DNA of 64,000 nucleotides from a virus. The translations under genes and the position numbers were made by a program. Each line of letters opens with the position of its first letter. The first letter of the stretch is position 1. Of the stretch, positions 32,595-41,903 are shown piece by piece. The notes under the pieces were generated by a model. It did not search any database, was not told where the DNA came from, and saw only the letters and a list, made by a program, of their open reading frames with translations. The stretch covers positions 11,563 to 75,562 of IMG/VR virus record IMGVR_UViG_3300042691_027241; one strand, written 5' to 3'.

Positions 32595-33292
32595 CAATAC
32601 CACAGCTAAATACTAAAATGGATGACACAGACGTAACAGAGAACGAATTTATGGAAACTGATAAAAAACCCGATGAAACCAATGGAGTACATGTACAAGG
32701 ACATATTAAAATCTTTGATCCTAATTCTGGGGAAATATTTGTTAATAAACGAAATGCTATTCACTACGAAAATATCAGTGAAGCAATTGCTTACACACTT
32801 GCAAATAAAGGACAAAGTTACATCTATGAAATGCATTTTGGTAACGGTGGTACCAGTATAGATCCTACTGGCGTTATTAACTATTTGCCGTCGAATGTAA
32901 ACACCAGTAACAGTAATTTATACAATCCAACCTTTGCAAAAATTGTAGACAACACAAGCGCACTTAATACAGACCCAACAAGAAACAAAATTGAAGTGAG
33001 ACATGTACCCGGAAGAATTTATTCTGATTTGGTTATAAGTTGTTTGTTAGATTACGGGGAACCCACAGGGCAAAGTGCTTTTGATAATTCAACAAGATTA
33101 GATGATACATATACTTTTGATGAGTTAGGATTAAAAGCACGTAGTTTAGATGGAACGTCAGGACTGACTACTACAGGAAAATTGTTAACTCATGTAGTTT
33201 TTCATCCGGTGCAAAAAAGTCTCAACAGATTAATACAGATTGATTACACTGTAAGAATTCAAACTTTAACTAATTTAAGCAGTTTAGGATAA
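32591..33292 (+). CDS. Virion/baseplate structural protein; true start may be ATG 32618
   Basis: Inside the tail operon; MHFGNGG and FDELGL...LLTHVVFHPVQKS motifs as in baseplate/fibre-attachment proteins. TAAATA at 32607-32612 suggests the later start. Confidence 0.6.
   Translation: MTIPQLNTKMDDTDVTENEFMETDKKPDETNGVHVQGHIKIFDPNSGEIFVNKRNAIHYENISEAIAYTLANKGQSYIYEMHFGNGGTSIDPTGVINYLPSNVNTSNSNLYNPTFAKIVDNTSALNTDPTRNKIEVRHVPGRIYSDLVISCLLDYGEPTGQSAFDNSTRLDDTYTFDELGLKARSLDGTSGLTTTGKLLTHVVFHPVQKSLNRLIQIDYTVRIQTLTNLSSLG
32607..32612 (+). promoter_or_regulatory. Putative late promoter TAAATA
   Basis: CTAAATACTAAAATG, the same spacing to ATG as at gp25. Confidence 0.45.
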
Positions 33293-33296
33293 CACT

Positions 33297-34406
33297 ATGT
33301 CATATTTTGTAACAAAAACAGATGGTACAACTATTATTGTATTGGATGGAACCAAAGATACTACCAGCACAAGCCTAACACTATTTGGTAGATTAGTTCA
33401 AAATTATGGTGATCAAACAAACGAAAATTTTGTACGACTATTAGAAAATTTTGCTTTTGACAATAGTCCGCCGTTTCCTACTAAAGGGCAACTATGGTAT
33501 GATACAAATGTTAATAACATAAAAGTATACACGGGAGACCAGTGGATTACTGTTGGCTCTGAGATAGTAGGTAATGTTGATCTTACTGGAAATCTGAATA
33601 TAGGACCAAATGATTTTCAAATAAAAGATTTAACCGGTAATGTAGTTATAAACAATCAGTACAACAATGGAAATATAAGTTTATTTGCAAATGTCAATGG
33701 TGTTAGCACCAATGTATTAAACATTAACGGAAGTAGTGGATTAATAACAGTTTTAGCTAATGCAACAAATAACTTTGGAATACCTACAAAAGTTTATTTA
33801 GATAGTGAAATACAAAATCTAAGATTTTATACCACGTCTGCTATATCATCAAATGTTGCAGTAATTAATGCCAACTTGGTGCAGAGAATTAGTGAAGAAA
33901 ATCAACTGCGAGCAAATTTAACAGCAGCAAACGCACAAATAGCAATTCGAGCAACCAACAATAGAGTTGACCAAATCAACCTTGATACTTATGTAGCAAT
34001 CACCGGAAACGTTGATACATTAACTGGAAATATTTTAGCTGTCCAGGCACAAACAGTGGCAGTAGAAAATGCTATGTTGGCCAATGTTACCGTAATTAAC
34101 GCCAATGTATCATCGGCAAACGCTAATATTATTTCACTGAACAATAAAATAAATTCTGTAAATTTAGCACAATCTGCAGCATTGGTAGCAAATGTAAATT
34201 TAAAAGCAGATAAAGACAGTCCAACATTTAGCGGAAACGTAATTGCCCCGACTCCGGAATTTGGAGCCAACAACACACAGGTAGCAACTACTCAATATGT
34301 TATGACCAGATCAGTATTTTGGGATGGTAGTAGAAAATATGTCAGCACTGCTGATCCAGATGACACTATTGGTAATGATGGAGATATTTGGTTTAAGTAC
34401 ACCTAA
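33297..34406 (+). CDS. Tail fibre-like protein
   Basis: N-terminal SLTLFGR...NENFVRLLENFA...GQLWYD shared with 38139-39788; Asn-rich shaft; SPTFSG..APT and GNDGDIWFKY fibre motifs. Confidence 0.7.
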   Translation: MSYFVTKTDGTTIIVLDGTKDTTSTSLTLFGRLVQNYGDQTNENFVRLLENFAFDNSPPFPTKGQLWYDTNVNNIKVYTGDQWITVGSEIVGNVDLTGNLNIGPNDFQIKDLTGNVVINNQYNNGNISLFANVNGVSTNVLNINGSSGLITVLANATNNFGIPTKVYLDSEIQNLRFYTTSAISSNVAVINANLVQRISEENQLRANLTAANAQIAIRATNNRVDQINLDTYVAITGNVDTLTGNILAVQAQTVAVENAMLANVTVINANVSSANANIISLNNKINSVNLAQSAALVANVNLKADKDSPTFSGNVIAPTPEFGANNTQVATTQYVMTRSVFWDGSRKYVSTADPDDTIGNDGDIWFKYT

Positions 34407-34408
34407 TT

Positions 34409-37400
34409 ATGGCAGAGAGACAACCAATTGTAAATGTATTTGGAATTTCTGGTCCAAGCGGAAACCCAGTACAGAGCCCAGCAGTTCTATATCCAAGAAC
34501 GGATCCAAACTGGAATAAATTCTTAAATCAATATGCTGTATGGCCAACCACATCGGGTAATTTTGAAAAATATACCATTTACAGGATTTTTGATGCGCCT
34601 TATACCGGAGAGTATTTTGTAAACTCAAGTGCAGATAACATTGCTACTGTTTATATCAACGATCTTAAAGTTGGCGGAACTACTCACACAATAGAATATC
34701 ACCATTGGTGGTGGTGGGGAGGTTGGTGGGGTTACTATCATCCTTGGTATTACAATAATTATTCAGAATACGGAATCTATGGACCTTATGGTTGGGGTTG
34801 GGGTTGGTATTACCCGTGGTATGGTTATAACGGATACTGGGGATATTGGGGACATATCACTACCAATTTTTCAACACTTCCTGTTCCTACTAAAATTACT
34901 TTAGCCAAAGGTATCAATCAAATCAGAATAGAAGCCGCTCAAGCACGTGGATCTGCTGGCTTTGCAATGAATATCACTGACTTGGAAAGCAATGTGGTAT
35001 GGGATACCAGAAGCACAGCAGTGGTGTCAGAGTATACTCAAACTTGTGGTAGATATAGGTTAACCTCTCCTATAAATGCAGATATAGTTGCTTACCTGTG
35101 GGGAGGTGGTGGTGGCGGTGGTGGTAATGACGCAGGAAGCCTTGGCGGACTCGGTGCCCCAGGACAATTTCATAAGACAAGATTCAGTGTTGAAGTTGGT
35201 GATGTAATTGAGGTAGTAGTCGGCGACGGCGGAACCGGTGGCGGCAGTAGTGCAGGAAGTGCCGCCGGAGGAAGAGGAGGCGCCAGTAGATTAAACTTGG
35301 AAGGATTTCCAAGTTTTAGCGGAGCAGATGGACATCCTGCAGGCCCAAGAGGGTCATCAGGTGGTGGCGGTGGCGGTGGCGGAGCGTCTCTTGTAATCGT
35401 TAACGGAAAAGTAGTAGCTGTAGCCGGTGGCGGTGGTGGCGGCGGCGGAGCAGGAAATGATGGAAATAATGCAACTTTATACAGTATACGAAACGCTACA
35501 ACAGCATATCCTGATATCGCACAAATTTATTCAGGTGCATCGGCGGTAGAAGCATCTGATATAGATAATCCGCTACATCCAAGCTACAACACAACAGCAG
35601 GACAACGTGGCCAGGGTGTTGTAAATGACGGGGGCGGCGGAGGTGGCGGTGGCGGTGGTTGGGGTGGCGGTGCTGGCGGAACTGTACGAGGTGGCGATTC
35701 AAGCACGTATGGAGGTCAGTCCGGGGGTAACTATCCATTTAACCAATTGTTCAAACATACTGCCGGAAATGTAAGTTTTATAGCACCAAGCGGTGTTAAT
35801 TCAATAACATTAGTGTCAGCCACTGGTGGCGGTGGTGGCGGTGGTAGCGGAAATCTAACACAAGGTGGTGCCGGTGGCGGTCAAGGTGCGGTTGTATCAA
35901 ATAGAACATATTCTGTAGTGCCCGGAAGACTGTATGAAGTATGCATTGGTCAAGGTGGTCAAGGAGGTGTAACACAGTTGACTCCGTACACTACAGGAAC
36001 AATTACAGATGCAAACTTAACATTAACACCTGCTGTTTCTGGCGGATTTACCTCTATTAGAGATACTGTAACAAATACATTTTTATTAAAATTAGAAGGC
36101 GGAGCAGCAGGAAATGTAACACATGCTGGCTCAGGAGGAACAGTAACTACAGCAGCCGGATCAGGTGGATCAACTAATTCAGGCGCCGCAGGTGTTACTC
36201 CGACAACAAACAACACAACAGGAACAGCCGGCGGCGGACCTGGTGCCGGCCAGTCATTGGGTCAAAATGCAATTGCACAAACCGATAAAGGATCAAATTT
36301 AGGTTGTGGTAGTGGTGGCGCCGGAGCAGCAAAGCCCTCAATTTTTGCTGCTAACCCAAGTGATCAGACCAGACCACAACAACTGCAATCTTCAATAGGA
36401 GGAGCTGGCACGGCCGGTGCAGTTTTAATAAGGTGGAGACAGGATCAAAGAGTCGGTTCTGATGGTGAGCTATCGCCAGTGAATAACGCTAATTGGAGCC
36501 AATTCCTAAATGATTATGGAATGTGGTTTACCAATGCAGGGCAAGGCGCAGGAACAGTTACACGACAATTTGAAACAGTATATTCTGGAGAATATAAACT
36601 AAGAGCAGCTACTACAGGCACTATGGATGTGTTTATAGACGATGTTTTAATTACAACAGTTACACAAAACAGTAATAGTACTCCTACTGCTATTAGTTTA
36701 AATTTCGGAAAAGGCGTAAGACAACTTAAATTTAATTTATACAATTCGCCAGTTAACAAAGGTTTTGCTGTTAGTATAAGCGATTCAGCAGACAAAGTTT
36801 ACTGGGATACTCGCGACAATGTTGGTACTGATCCACCAGGTAGTAATTTAAGGTATTACGTTGCTCCTTTTGCCAAGGGAGGAAAACAGAGTGCTGAAGG
36901 AGCCAACGGCTCCGTGGCACTTGAGATGTATCCAACTGGTTTATCCACAATTAAAGTCAATGGTAACTGGCGATCAGTTAGTGACGCAGCAGTTAAAGTG
37001 TCAGGAGACTGGAGATATGTTGATGAAATGTTTGTAAAAATTAACGGACAATGGAGAACAACCAATTCAGCTGGTAACTTGACTACTTTAAGATTTCAAC
37101 AACAATTTGGCAACTACGGAAAATTACAAAGAACCGGGTTACCTCCCGGACCTGGTGGTACTGGCCGCGGGTGTAAAATCATATGTCAGAAGTTGGCAGA
37201 ATTAGGGTATTTTGATTCAGCAATGAACAAAGCTGATCAGGCTTTTGGTGTCATGCTTCGCGATAACGACCCAGATGCGTATAATGGATATTTACGTTGG
37301 GCCGGTCCAGTTGTTGATCTATTAGAAGGTGGCGGAAGCCCAACATTTAGAAAAATAGTTTTTCCATGGATTAGAGACGAACAAAAACGTAAAGATTTAC

Positions 37401-37696
37401 AAACAAAAATTGTTGCACATTATTTAGATGTTATAGCCCGTCCATGGGCCGAAGAAATGGCTTTCAGAATGAAGGCCGATGGTTATACTAAATCAAATCC
37501 GGCTGGTAAATTTGTTATGGATATAGGATTACCTCTTTGCAGAACAATTTCAAAATTTGGAAAAGGTAAGCAACTGCCTATGTGGGCCAAAACTGCACTA
37601 ATTTGGGGAACCACTACTGGGTTATTACTTACAGTAACTGGTATATCTACTGCTGATAAAATTGTTAGGAAAATTGGAAAACTCTTAGGAAAATAA
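34409..37696 (+). CDS. Glycine-rich fibre/receptor-binding-like protein with a duplicated beta-sandwich domain, a W/Y/G insert and a C-terminal CKIIC domain
   Basis: Poly-Gly tracts; two homologous NW..FLN.Y..W...WDTR domains; VKVSGDWR/VKINGQWR fibre motif; hydrophobic C-terminal helix. Confidence 0.65.
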   Translation: MAERQPIVNVFGISGPSGNPVQSPAVLYPRTDPNWNKFLNQYAVWPTTSGNFEKYTIYRIFDAPYTGEYFVNSSADNIATVYINDLKVGGTTHTIEYHHWWWWGGWWGYYHPWYYNNYSEYGIYGPYGWGWGWYYPWYGYNGYWGYWGHITTNFSTLPVPTKITLAKGINQIRIEAAQARGSAGFAMNITDLESNVVWDTRSTAVVSEYTQTCGRYRLTSPINADIVAYLWGGGGGGGGNDAGSLGGLGAPGQFHKTRFSVEVGDVIEVVVGDGGTGGGSSAGSAAGGRGGASRLNLEGFPSFSGADGHPAGPRGSSGGGGGGGGASLVIVNGKVVAVAGGGGGGGGAGNDGNNATLYSIRNATTAYPDIAQIYSGASAVEASDIDNPLHPSYNTTAGQRGQGVVNDGGGGGGGGGGWGGGAGGTVRGGDSSTYGGQSGGNYPFNQLFKHTAGNVSFIAPSGVNSITLVSATGGGGGGGSGNLTQGGAGGGQGAVVSNRTYSVVPGRLYEVCIGQGGQGGVTQLTPYTTGTITDANLTLTPAVSGGFTSIRDTVTNTFLLKLEGGAAGNVTHAGSGGTVTTAAGSGGSTNSGAAGVTPTTNNTTGTAGGGPGAGQSLGQNAIAQTDKGSNLGCGSGGAGAAKPSIFAANPSDQTRPQQLQSSIGGAGTAGAVLIRWRQDQRVGSDGELSPVNNANWSQFLNDYGMWFTNAGQGAGTVTRQFETVYSGEYKLRAATTGTMDVFIDDVLITTVTQNSNSTPTAISLNFGKGVRQLKFNLYNSPVNKGFAVSISDSADKVYWDTRDNVGTDPPGSNLRYYVAPFAKGGKQSAEGANGSVALEMYPTGLSTIKVNGNWRSVSDAAVKVSGDWRYVDEMFVKINGQWRTTNSAGNLTTLRFQQQFGNYGKLQRTGLPPGPGGTGRGCKIICQKLAELGYFDSAMNKADQAFGVMLRDNDPDAYNGYLRWAGPVVDLLEGGGSPTFRKIVFPWIRDEQKRKDLQTKIVAHYLDVIARPWAEEMAFRMKADGYTKSNPAGKFVMDIGLPLCRTISKFGKGKQLPMWAKTALIWGTTTGLLLTVTGISTADKIVRKIGKLLGK

Positions 37697-37698
37697 AA

Positions 37699-38103
37699 AT
37701 GGGAATCAGTTTAGAAGAATATTTAAGGAACAGAGAATCGTGTGAGGTTTGCGATGCTAACGGTGATACCGATCATTGTAAAACAACTATGTTGAGCAGG
37801 ACTGATAATTGTTTAATTTATAACAGTATCCTTCTAAATGACGATCCTCACGACGATAATGATGTGCTTTTGTTACAAAATTTAAGATCAGAGTCACGAG
37901 AAGAGAAGATAATCGAGTACTACATTAGATCTGAAAAATTAGTTAAACACGCTAAATTTGTTTATGATCGATCTTTTTGGGTAGCAAATTACAACAATTT
38001 TGTAAAAAGTATAGTTATATCATTAAAAAACAATGATAAAGCAGCAGCAATTGAGGGTATCTTTACAATGCTCGAAACATTAGAACAAGAATTTCGCTTA
38101 TAA
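37699..38103 (+). CDS. Hypothetical protein resembling a stand-alone CFI-box-CTERM-type domain
   Basis: NCLI...DD.DVLLLQNLR...IIEYY...LV...NNDKAAAI pattern; N-terminal CEVC. Confidence 0.5.
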   Translation: MGISLEEYLRNRESCEVCDANGDTDHCKTTMLSRTDNCLIYNSILLNDDPHDDNDVLLLQNLRSESREEKIIEYYIRSEKLVKHAKFVYDRSFWVANYNNFVKSIVISLKNNDKAAAIEGIFTMLETLEQEFRL

Positions 38104-38109
38104 AAACGT

Positions 38110-38117
38110 CATAAATA
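38110..38117 (+). promoter_or_regulatory. Putative late promoter CATAAATA
   Basis: Intergenic, identical to the motif before gp6; upstream of a GGAG SD. Confidence 0.55.
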
Positions 38118-38138
38118 ATAGAGTCGGAGAACACTTAA

Positions 38139-39788
38139 ATGGCATACAATATTACATTATCAAATGGTGGGCAATTAATTACAGGAGGACTACCTGATGG
38201 CACCATTGATCAAACCAGTTCAAGCTTAACACTTGTTGGTAAAAATTACCCTGGTTATGGTACTTTTTTAAACGAAAATATGATTCGTTTGGTTGAAAAT
38301 TTTGCAAATGGCGCAGCTCCTACTGCTCCTTTACCAGGACAGCTATGGTGGGATACTGCTGGAAAATATTTAAAGATTAACACATCATCTACTAAAGGAA
38401 CAGCAGCAAGCGCATGGAAAACCATGGCCACAATGACTTCCGGGTCAAGTCAGCCAAACAATCCTATTGTCGGCGAGCAGTGGTGGGATACCTCAAATGT
38501 GCAGTTAAAAGTTTGGAACGGAACATCATGGACCGCAGTGGGCCCACTTACTACCAGTGCCACTGGTAATACCGGGGCAGTCCCTGATACCATTGTTGCA
38601 ACCAGCCCATCTGCCACTTACGTTGTTCTAAAATTTTATATAGACAATGCTCTTGTGGGCATTTGGAGCAAAGAAGCAACATTTAGCACAGCAGTTACAG
38701 GATTTGCAACTGTTAAAACCGGATTAAATTTGGCCACTAATATTACAAACCAAGCTTTCCAGGGTACCGCCGATGTAGCAAACAATCTTTATGTAAGTGT
38801 TGGATTCCCGAGCGTACCTGGAAGTTCTTTCTTACGTAATGATGTAAGCGGCACTTTGAACGGTGCGCTAACTATTACAAACGATACTGGTTTAAAAGTT
38901 GGTGTTGCAAGCGATTTTGAAGCCACCGTAACAAGTGGCGAAGTCACACTAAGAAACGTTACTAACAACAAAGATTTGCATCTAAGTATAAAAAAAGCCG
39001 GTGCACAAACAGTTTTTCTTAAAGGAAACGCCATTTCAGGGCTACCAGAGGCGATTGCCAGTCCAACAGCTTCATCAAATGGGTTTACACTGACAACTAA
39101 AGATTATGTTGATACACTTTTAGGCGGCGGAGTAGGCACCACATCGTTTAGTGCAAACGTAAATCCAAGCGCCAACTTAACTTATACACTTGGTAATGTT
39201 ACTAATCGGTGGAGCAACATTTTTTTACAATCAAGTTTAATTGGCAATGTATTTGCAGCTAACGTAAACACAACAAGAGCCAATCTTGCCACAGTATATG
39301 TGTCTGATACTATTTTACCAACTGCTAATACCACAGTCAATCTTGGCAGTACTGGCATGTGGTTCAATACTTTCTATGGAGTATCGGTTCAAGCTAAATA
39401 TGCTGACTTAGCAGAAAGATTCAGCAGTGATCAACCCTATCCGGCCGGGACTGTAGTTGCACTTGGCGGTGTTAAAGAAATTACAGCAGCAGACGAAGAA
39501 TTAAGTGACGATGTTTTTGGTGTAATTAGCACAAGAGCTGCATATCTAATGAACGGTGCAGCTGGAGACGACGTTACTCATCCACCAGTGGCAGTAAATG
39601 GCAGAGTGCCTGTACGTGTAATTGGAAAAGTCAAAAAAGGTGACAGACTGGTGGCGGCAGGAAACGGATTAGCTCGCGCCGGTGCAAAGAATGAAATTTC
39701 AGCATTTAACGTAATTGGCAGGAGTTTAGAAGATAAATTTGATACGGCCGAGGGAACTATTGAGGCTATCGTTAAGTTAAATAGTTAA
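38139..39788 (+). CDS. Tail fibre protein with a C-terminal intramolecular-chaperone autocleavage domain (peptidase G2-like)
   Basis: N-terminal fibre domain paralogous to 33297; C-terminal YADLAERF...GTVV...GVIST...VAVNGRVPVRVIGKVKKGDRLV. Confidence 0.75.
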   Translation: MAYNITLSNGGQLITGGLPDGTIDQTSSSLTLVGKNYPGYGTFLNENMIRLVENFANGAAPTAPLPGQLWWDTAGKYLKINTSSTKGTAASAWKTMATMTSGSSQPNNPIVGEQWWDTSNVQLKVWNGTSWTAVGPLTTSATGNTGAVPDTIVATSPSATYVVLKFYIDNALVGIWSKEATFSTAVTGFATVKTGLNLATNITNQAFQGTADVANNLYVSVGFPSVPGSSFLRNDVSGTLNGALTITNDTGLKVGVASDFEATVTSGEVTLRNVTNNKDLHLSIKKAGAQTVFLKGNAISGLPEAIASPTASSNGFTLTTKDYVDTLLGGGVGTTSFSANVNPSANLTYTLGNVTNRWSNIFLQSSLIGNVFAANVNTTRANLATVYVSDTILPTANTTVNLGSTGMWFNTFYGVSVQAKYADLAERFSSDQPYPAGTVVALGGVKEITAADEELSDDVFGVISTRAAYLMNGAAGDDVTHPPVAVNGRVPVRVIGKVKKGDRLVAAGNGLARAGAKNEISAFNVIGRSLEDKFDTAEGTIEAIVKLNS

Positions 39789-39801
39789 TAGGATTTAAAA
39801 C

Positions 39802-40734
39802 ATGGCATACGCACAGTCAGGTCTGATTGAAGCAGCAGACTATAACAACTTTATAAATGGAACTAATCAACTTAACAGAGTATGGGGCACAGGTAACGGT
39901 GATGCTGGTTATGGTCAAACTGCTGTATCGACTGTTGCAGCAGGAAATACTGTAACTGCTACACAGTGGGCAAGCTTGATTAATACTTTGAACAGTGCAT
40001 TAACACATCAAAGCGGATCAGGTTCTGGTATTTCTGCCGTTGTCTCCGGAGATAGAATAAATCATCTGTCTACACTTGCTACAAACATTAATACCAGTTA
40101 CACAAACAGACTAAATTTTGCTACACAAGGTACAACTACTACCGGAGCCACTACTAATTCAGTTCTTAATGTAACAGGCGCAGCAGCACAATCACTAACA
40201 ATTACACGTACAGCTACTTTTTCTTCCGGGGACGCAGCAAGGTATTTTTTTAACAGTGGCGGTCAATTAAATTTAATTATTGGTGCTGGTACAAATACTG
40301 GAGCAACAGGTCGAGGCGCAGGCTTAATTACCATGGCAACTGCTGCTGGCGGAGTAACTGCTTTTAGATCAGTAACCAATGGCGGGCGATCAGGATCAGG
40401 TCAGACACAAAACACCAATAACACGTCTATTGGATATTATGATTTAACCACACTTAATCAAACTATTGTGAGTTTGACAGCAATATCCAGCCCCTATACT
40501 GCGTACCCAAGCGACACCGTCACAATCGTTGCTCGATCAAATGGCGTCCAAGGTGCCAATTCTGATAATGGAACAATTATAACCTTTGTGATAACGCTTA
40601 CATCAGCAGCTCAAGCAACCTTAGACGGTGGATATAACGATACTATTAATATTACTATTCCTAATAGAATTGATATAATATATCCAGAAACAACAAATTT
40701 GACCAATTCCTGGGGTACAGTAACTCTTGGATAA
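39802..40734 (+). CDS. Virion structural (fibre-associated) protein
   Basis: Thr/Gly/Ser/Asn-rich beta-type composition; last gene before the terminator; AGGA SD. Confidence 0.6.
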   Translation: MAYAQSGLIEAADYNNFINGTNQLNRVWGTGNGDAGYGQTAVSTVAAGNTVTATQWASLINTLNSALTHQSGSGSGISAVVSGDRINHLSTLATNINTSYTNRLNFATQGTTTTGATTNSVLNVTGAAAQSLTITRTATFSSGDAARYFFNSGGQLNLIIGAGTNTGATGRGAGLITMATAAGGVTAFRSVTNGGRSGSGQTQNTNNTSIGYYDLTTLNQTIVSLTAISSPYTAYPSDTVTIVARSNGVQGANSDNGTIITFVITLTSAAQATLDGGYNDTINITIPNRIDIIYPETTNLTNSWGTVTLG

Positions 40735-40749
40735 TTAGCAACTAATTAT

Positions 40750-40778
40750 TTGACTTTATTATGGGTAGAATGTAAAAT
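40750..40778 (+). promoter_or_regulatory. Putative sigma70-type promoter (TTGACT-N17-TAAAAT) for the modification cluster
   Basis: Near-consensus -35 at 40750-40755 and -10 at 40773-40778 with a 17-nt spacer. Confidence 0.6.
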
Positions 40779-40801
40779 AACATCTACCCATTTCTTTTTT
40801 T
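40761..40801 (+). terminator. Rho-independent terminator ending the tail operon
   Basis: Stem ATGGGTAGA(A)TGT / ACATCTACCCAT followed by a T-rich tract (TTCTTTTTTT). Confidence 0.7.
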
Positions 40802-40804
40802 ACT

Positions 40805-41119
40805 ATGAACGAATTAGATGACTTAGTTGCCGAAATCAAGCAGGCAACCGACTACCAGGCCAATAAAAGAACTCTTCGAGAAAAGATTCAAACTGACCTA
40901 CACATGACGCATAATGGTGGATTATTTAAAATTACACCAGAATTATTAGCTTTTGTTAAAACTTGGTCTATTGATGAATTATACTTGGAAGATGTTTATG
41001 AAAATCCTATCAAAATTGACAGACAAGTTTTTTTAGTAACTGCACAACAACATTATCAAACGGTCATGAATGAGTGGCATCAACAACATGAATATCTCAA
41101 GAAACAGCGAAGAATCTAA
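40805..41119 (+). CDS. Hypothetical protein
   Basis: 104-aa ORF, first gene after the promoter/terminator. Confidence 0.7.
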   Translation: MNELDDLVAEIKQATDYQANKRTLREKIQTDLHMTHNGGLFKITPELLAFVKTWSIDELYLEDVYENPIKIDRQVFLVTAQQHYQTVMNEWHQQHEYLKKQRRI

Positions 41120-41903
41120 AGGCGTTGTATTATTTGCTTTTAATACGGATTCAGTTGATTACGTTGCTATAGCAGATAGGTGTGCTTTGCTTGTTTCTAA
41201 GTTTTTAGAACTACCTGTAACTTTAATAACAGATAAAACTTCTTCTCCAGAATTCGAGTATGATCATATTATACGATTAGATTACACTGGTGCTAATCAG
41301 CGCACTGATGTCGTGACAAAAAAACAAGTCCAGTGGAAAAATTTTCATAGGCATAGTGTTTATCAACATACGCCTTATGATAATACTCTCATGATTGATA
41401 CAGATTATGTGGTATTAGATACCTCATTGCTAAAACTATTTGATCAGACGTATGATTATTTGATACAGGGCAAGAGTAACGATTTTAAACATTCAATGCC
41501 TGCGCGAATGGGAAATATTGGACTACCGTATGTTTGGGCTACAGTAGTTTTATTTAGAAAGACACCTAAAAGCAAACTATTTTTTAATCTGGTTGGACGT
41601 ATACAAAGAAACTGGGGCTATTATAGAAGTTTGTTTAATGTCGATGGCGCACAATACAGAAACGACTTTGCATTTGCAATGGCAAATATTATACTTAATG
41701 GGTATAGTCTTGACAAACGAAATCTCATTCCGTGGCACATGCTTACTATATCCGAAGAAATCACTGCAATAAACATAAAGGATAACATGTTAATAATACG
41801 AACTCCCGACAAAGCTTACATGATTCCGAAACATAATATACACGTAATGCACAAGCAATATTTGTTAACTGAAAATTATTTACAACTGATTAATAATGTT
41901 TAA
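41088..41903 (+). CDS. Putative GT-A glycosyltransferase (GT8-like)
   Basis: GVVLFAFN...YVAIA; TPYDNTLMIDTDY DxD motif; RNDFAF. ORF track starts at 41070. Confidence 0.6.
   Translation: MNISRNSEESKGVVLFAFNTDSVDYVAIADRCALLVSKFLELPVTLITDKTSSPEFEYDHIIRLDYTGANQRTDVVTKKQVQWKNFHRHSVYQHTPYDNTLMIDTDYVVLDTSLLKLFDQTYDYLIQGKSNDFKHSMPARMGNIGLPYVWATVVLFRKTPKSKLFFNLVGRIQRNWGYYRSLFNVDGAQYRNDFAFAMANIILNGYSLDKRNLIPWHMLTISEEITAINIKDNMLIIRTPDKAYMIPKHNIHVMHKQYLLTENYLQLINNV

Noticed and set aside
35100-35960. GGT/GGC tandem runs as a repeat array or CRISPR
   Set aside because: They are poly-Gly codons with varied third positions and no repeat-spacer structure.
33297-40734. Diversity-generating retroelement or invertible fibre cassette
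   Set aside because: No reverse transcriptase, recombinase or near-identical nucleotide repeat pair was seen; fibre paralogy is only at protein level.
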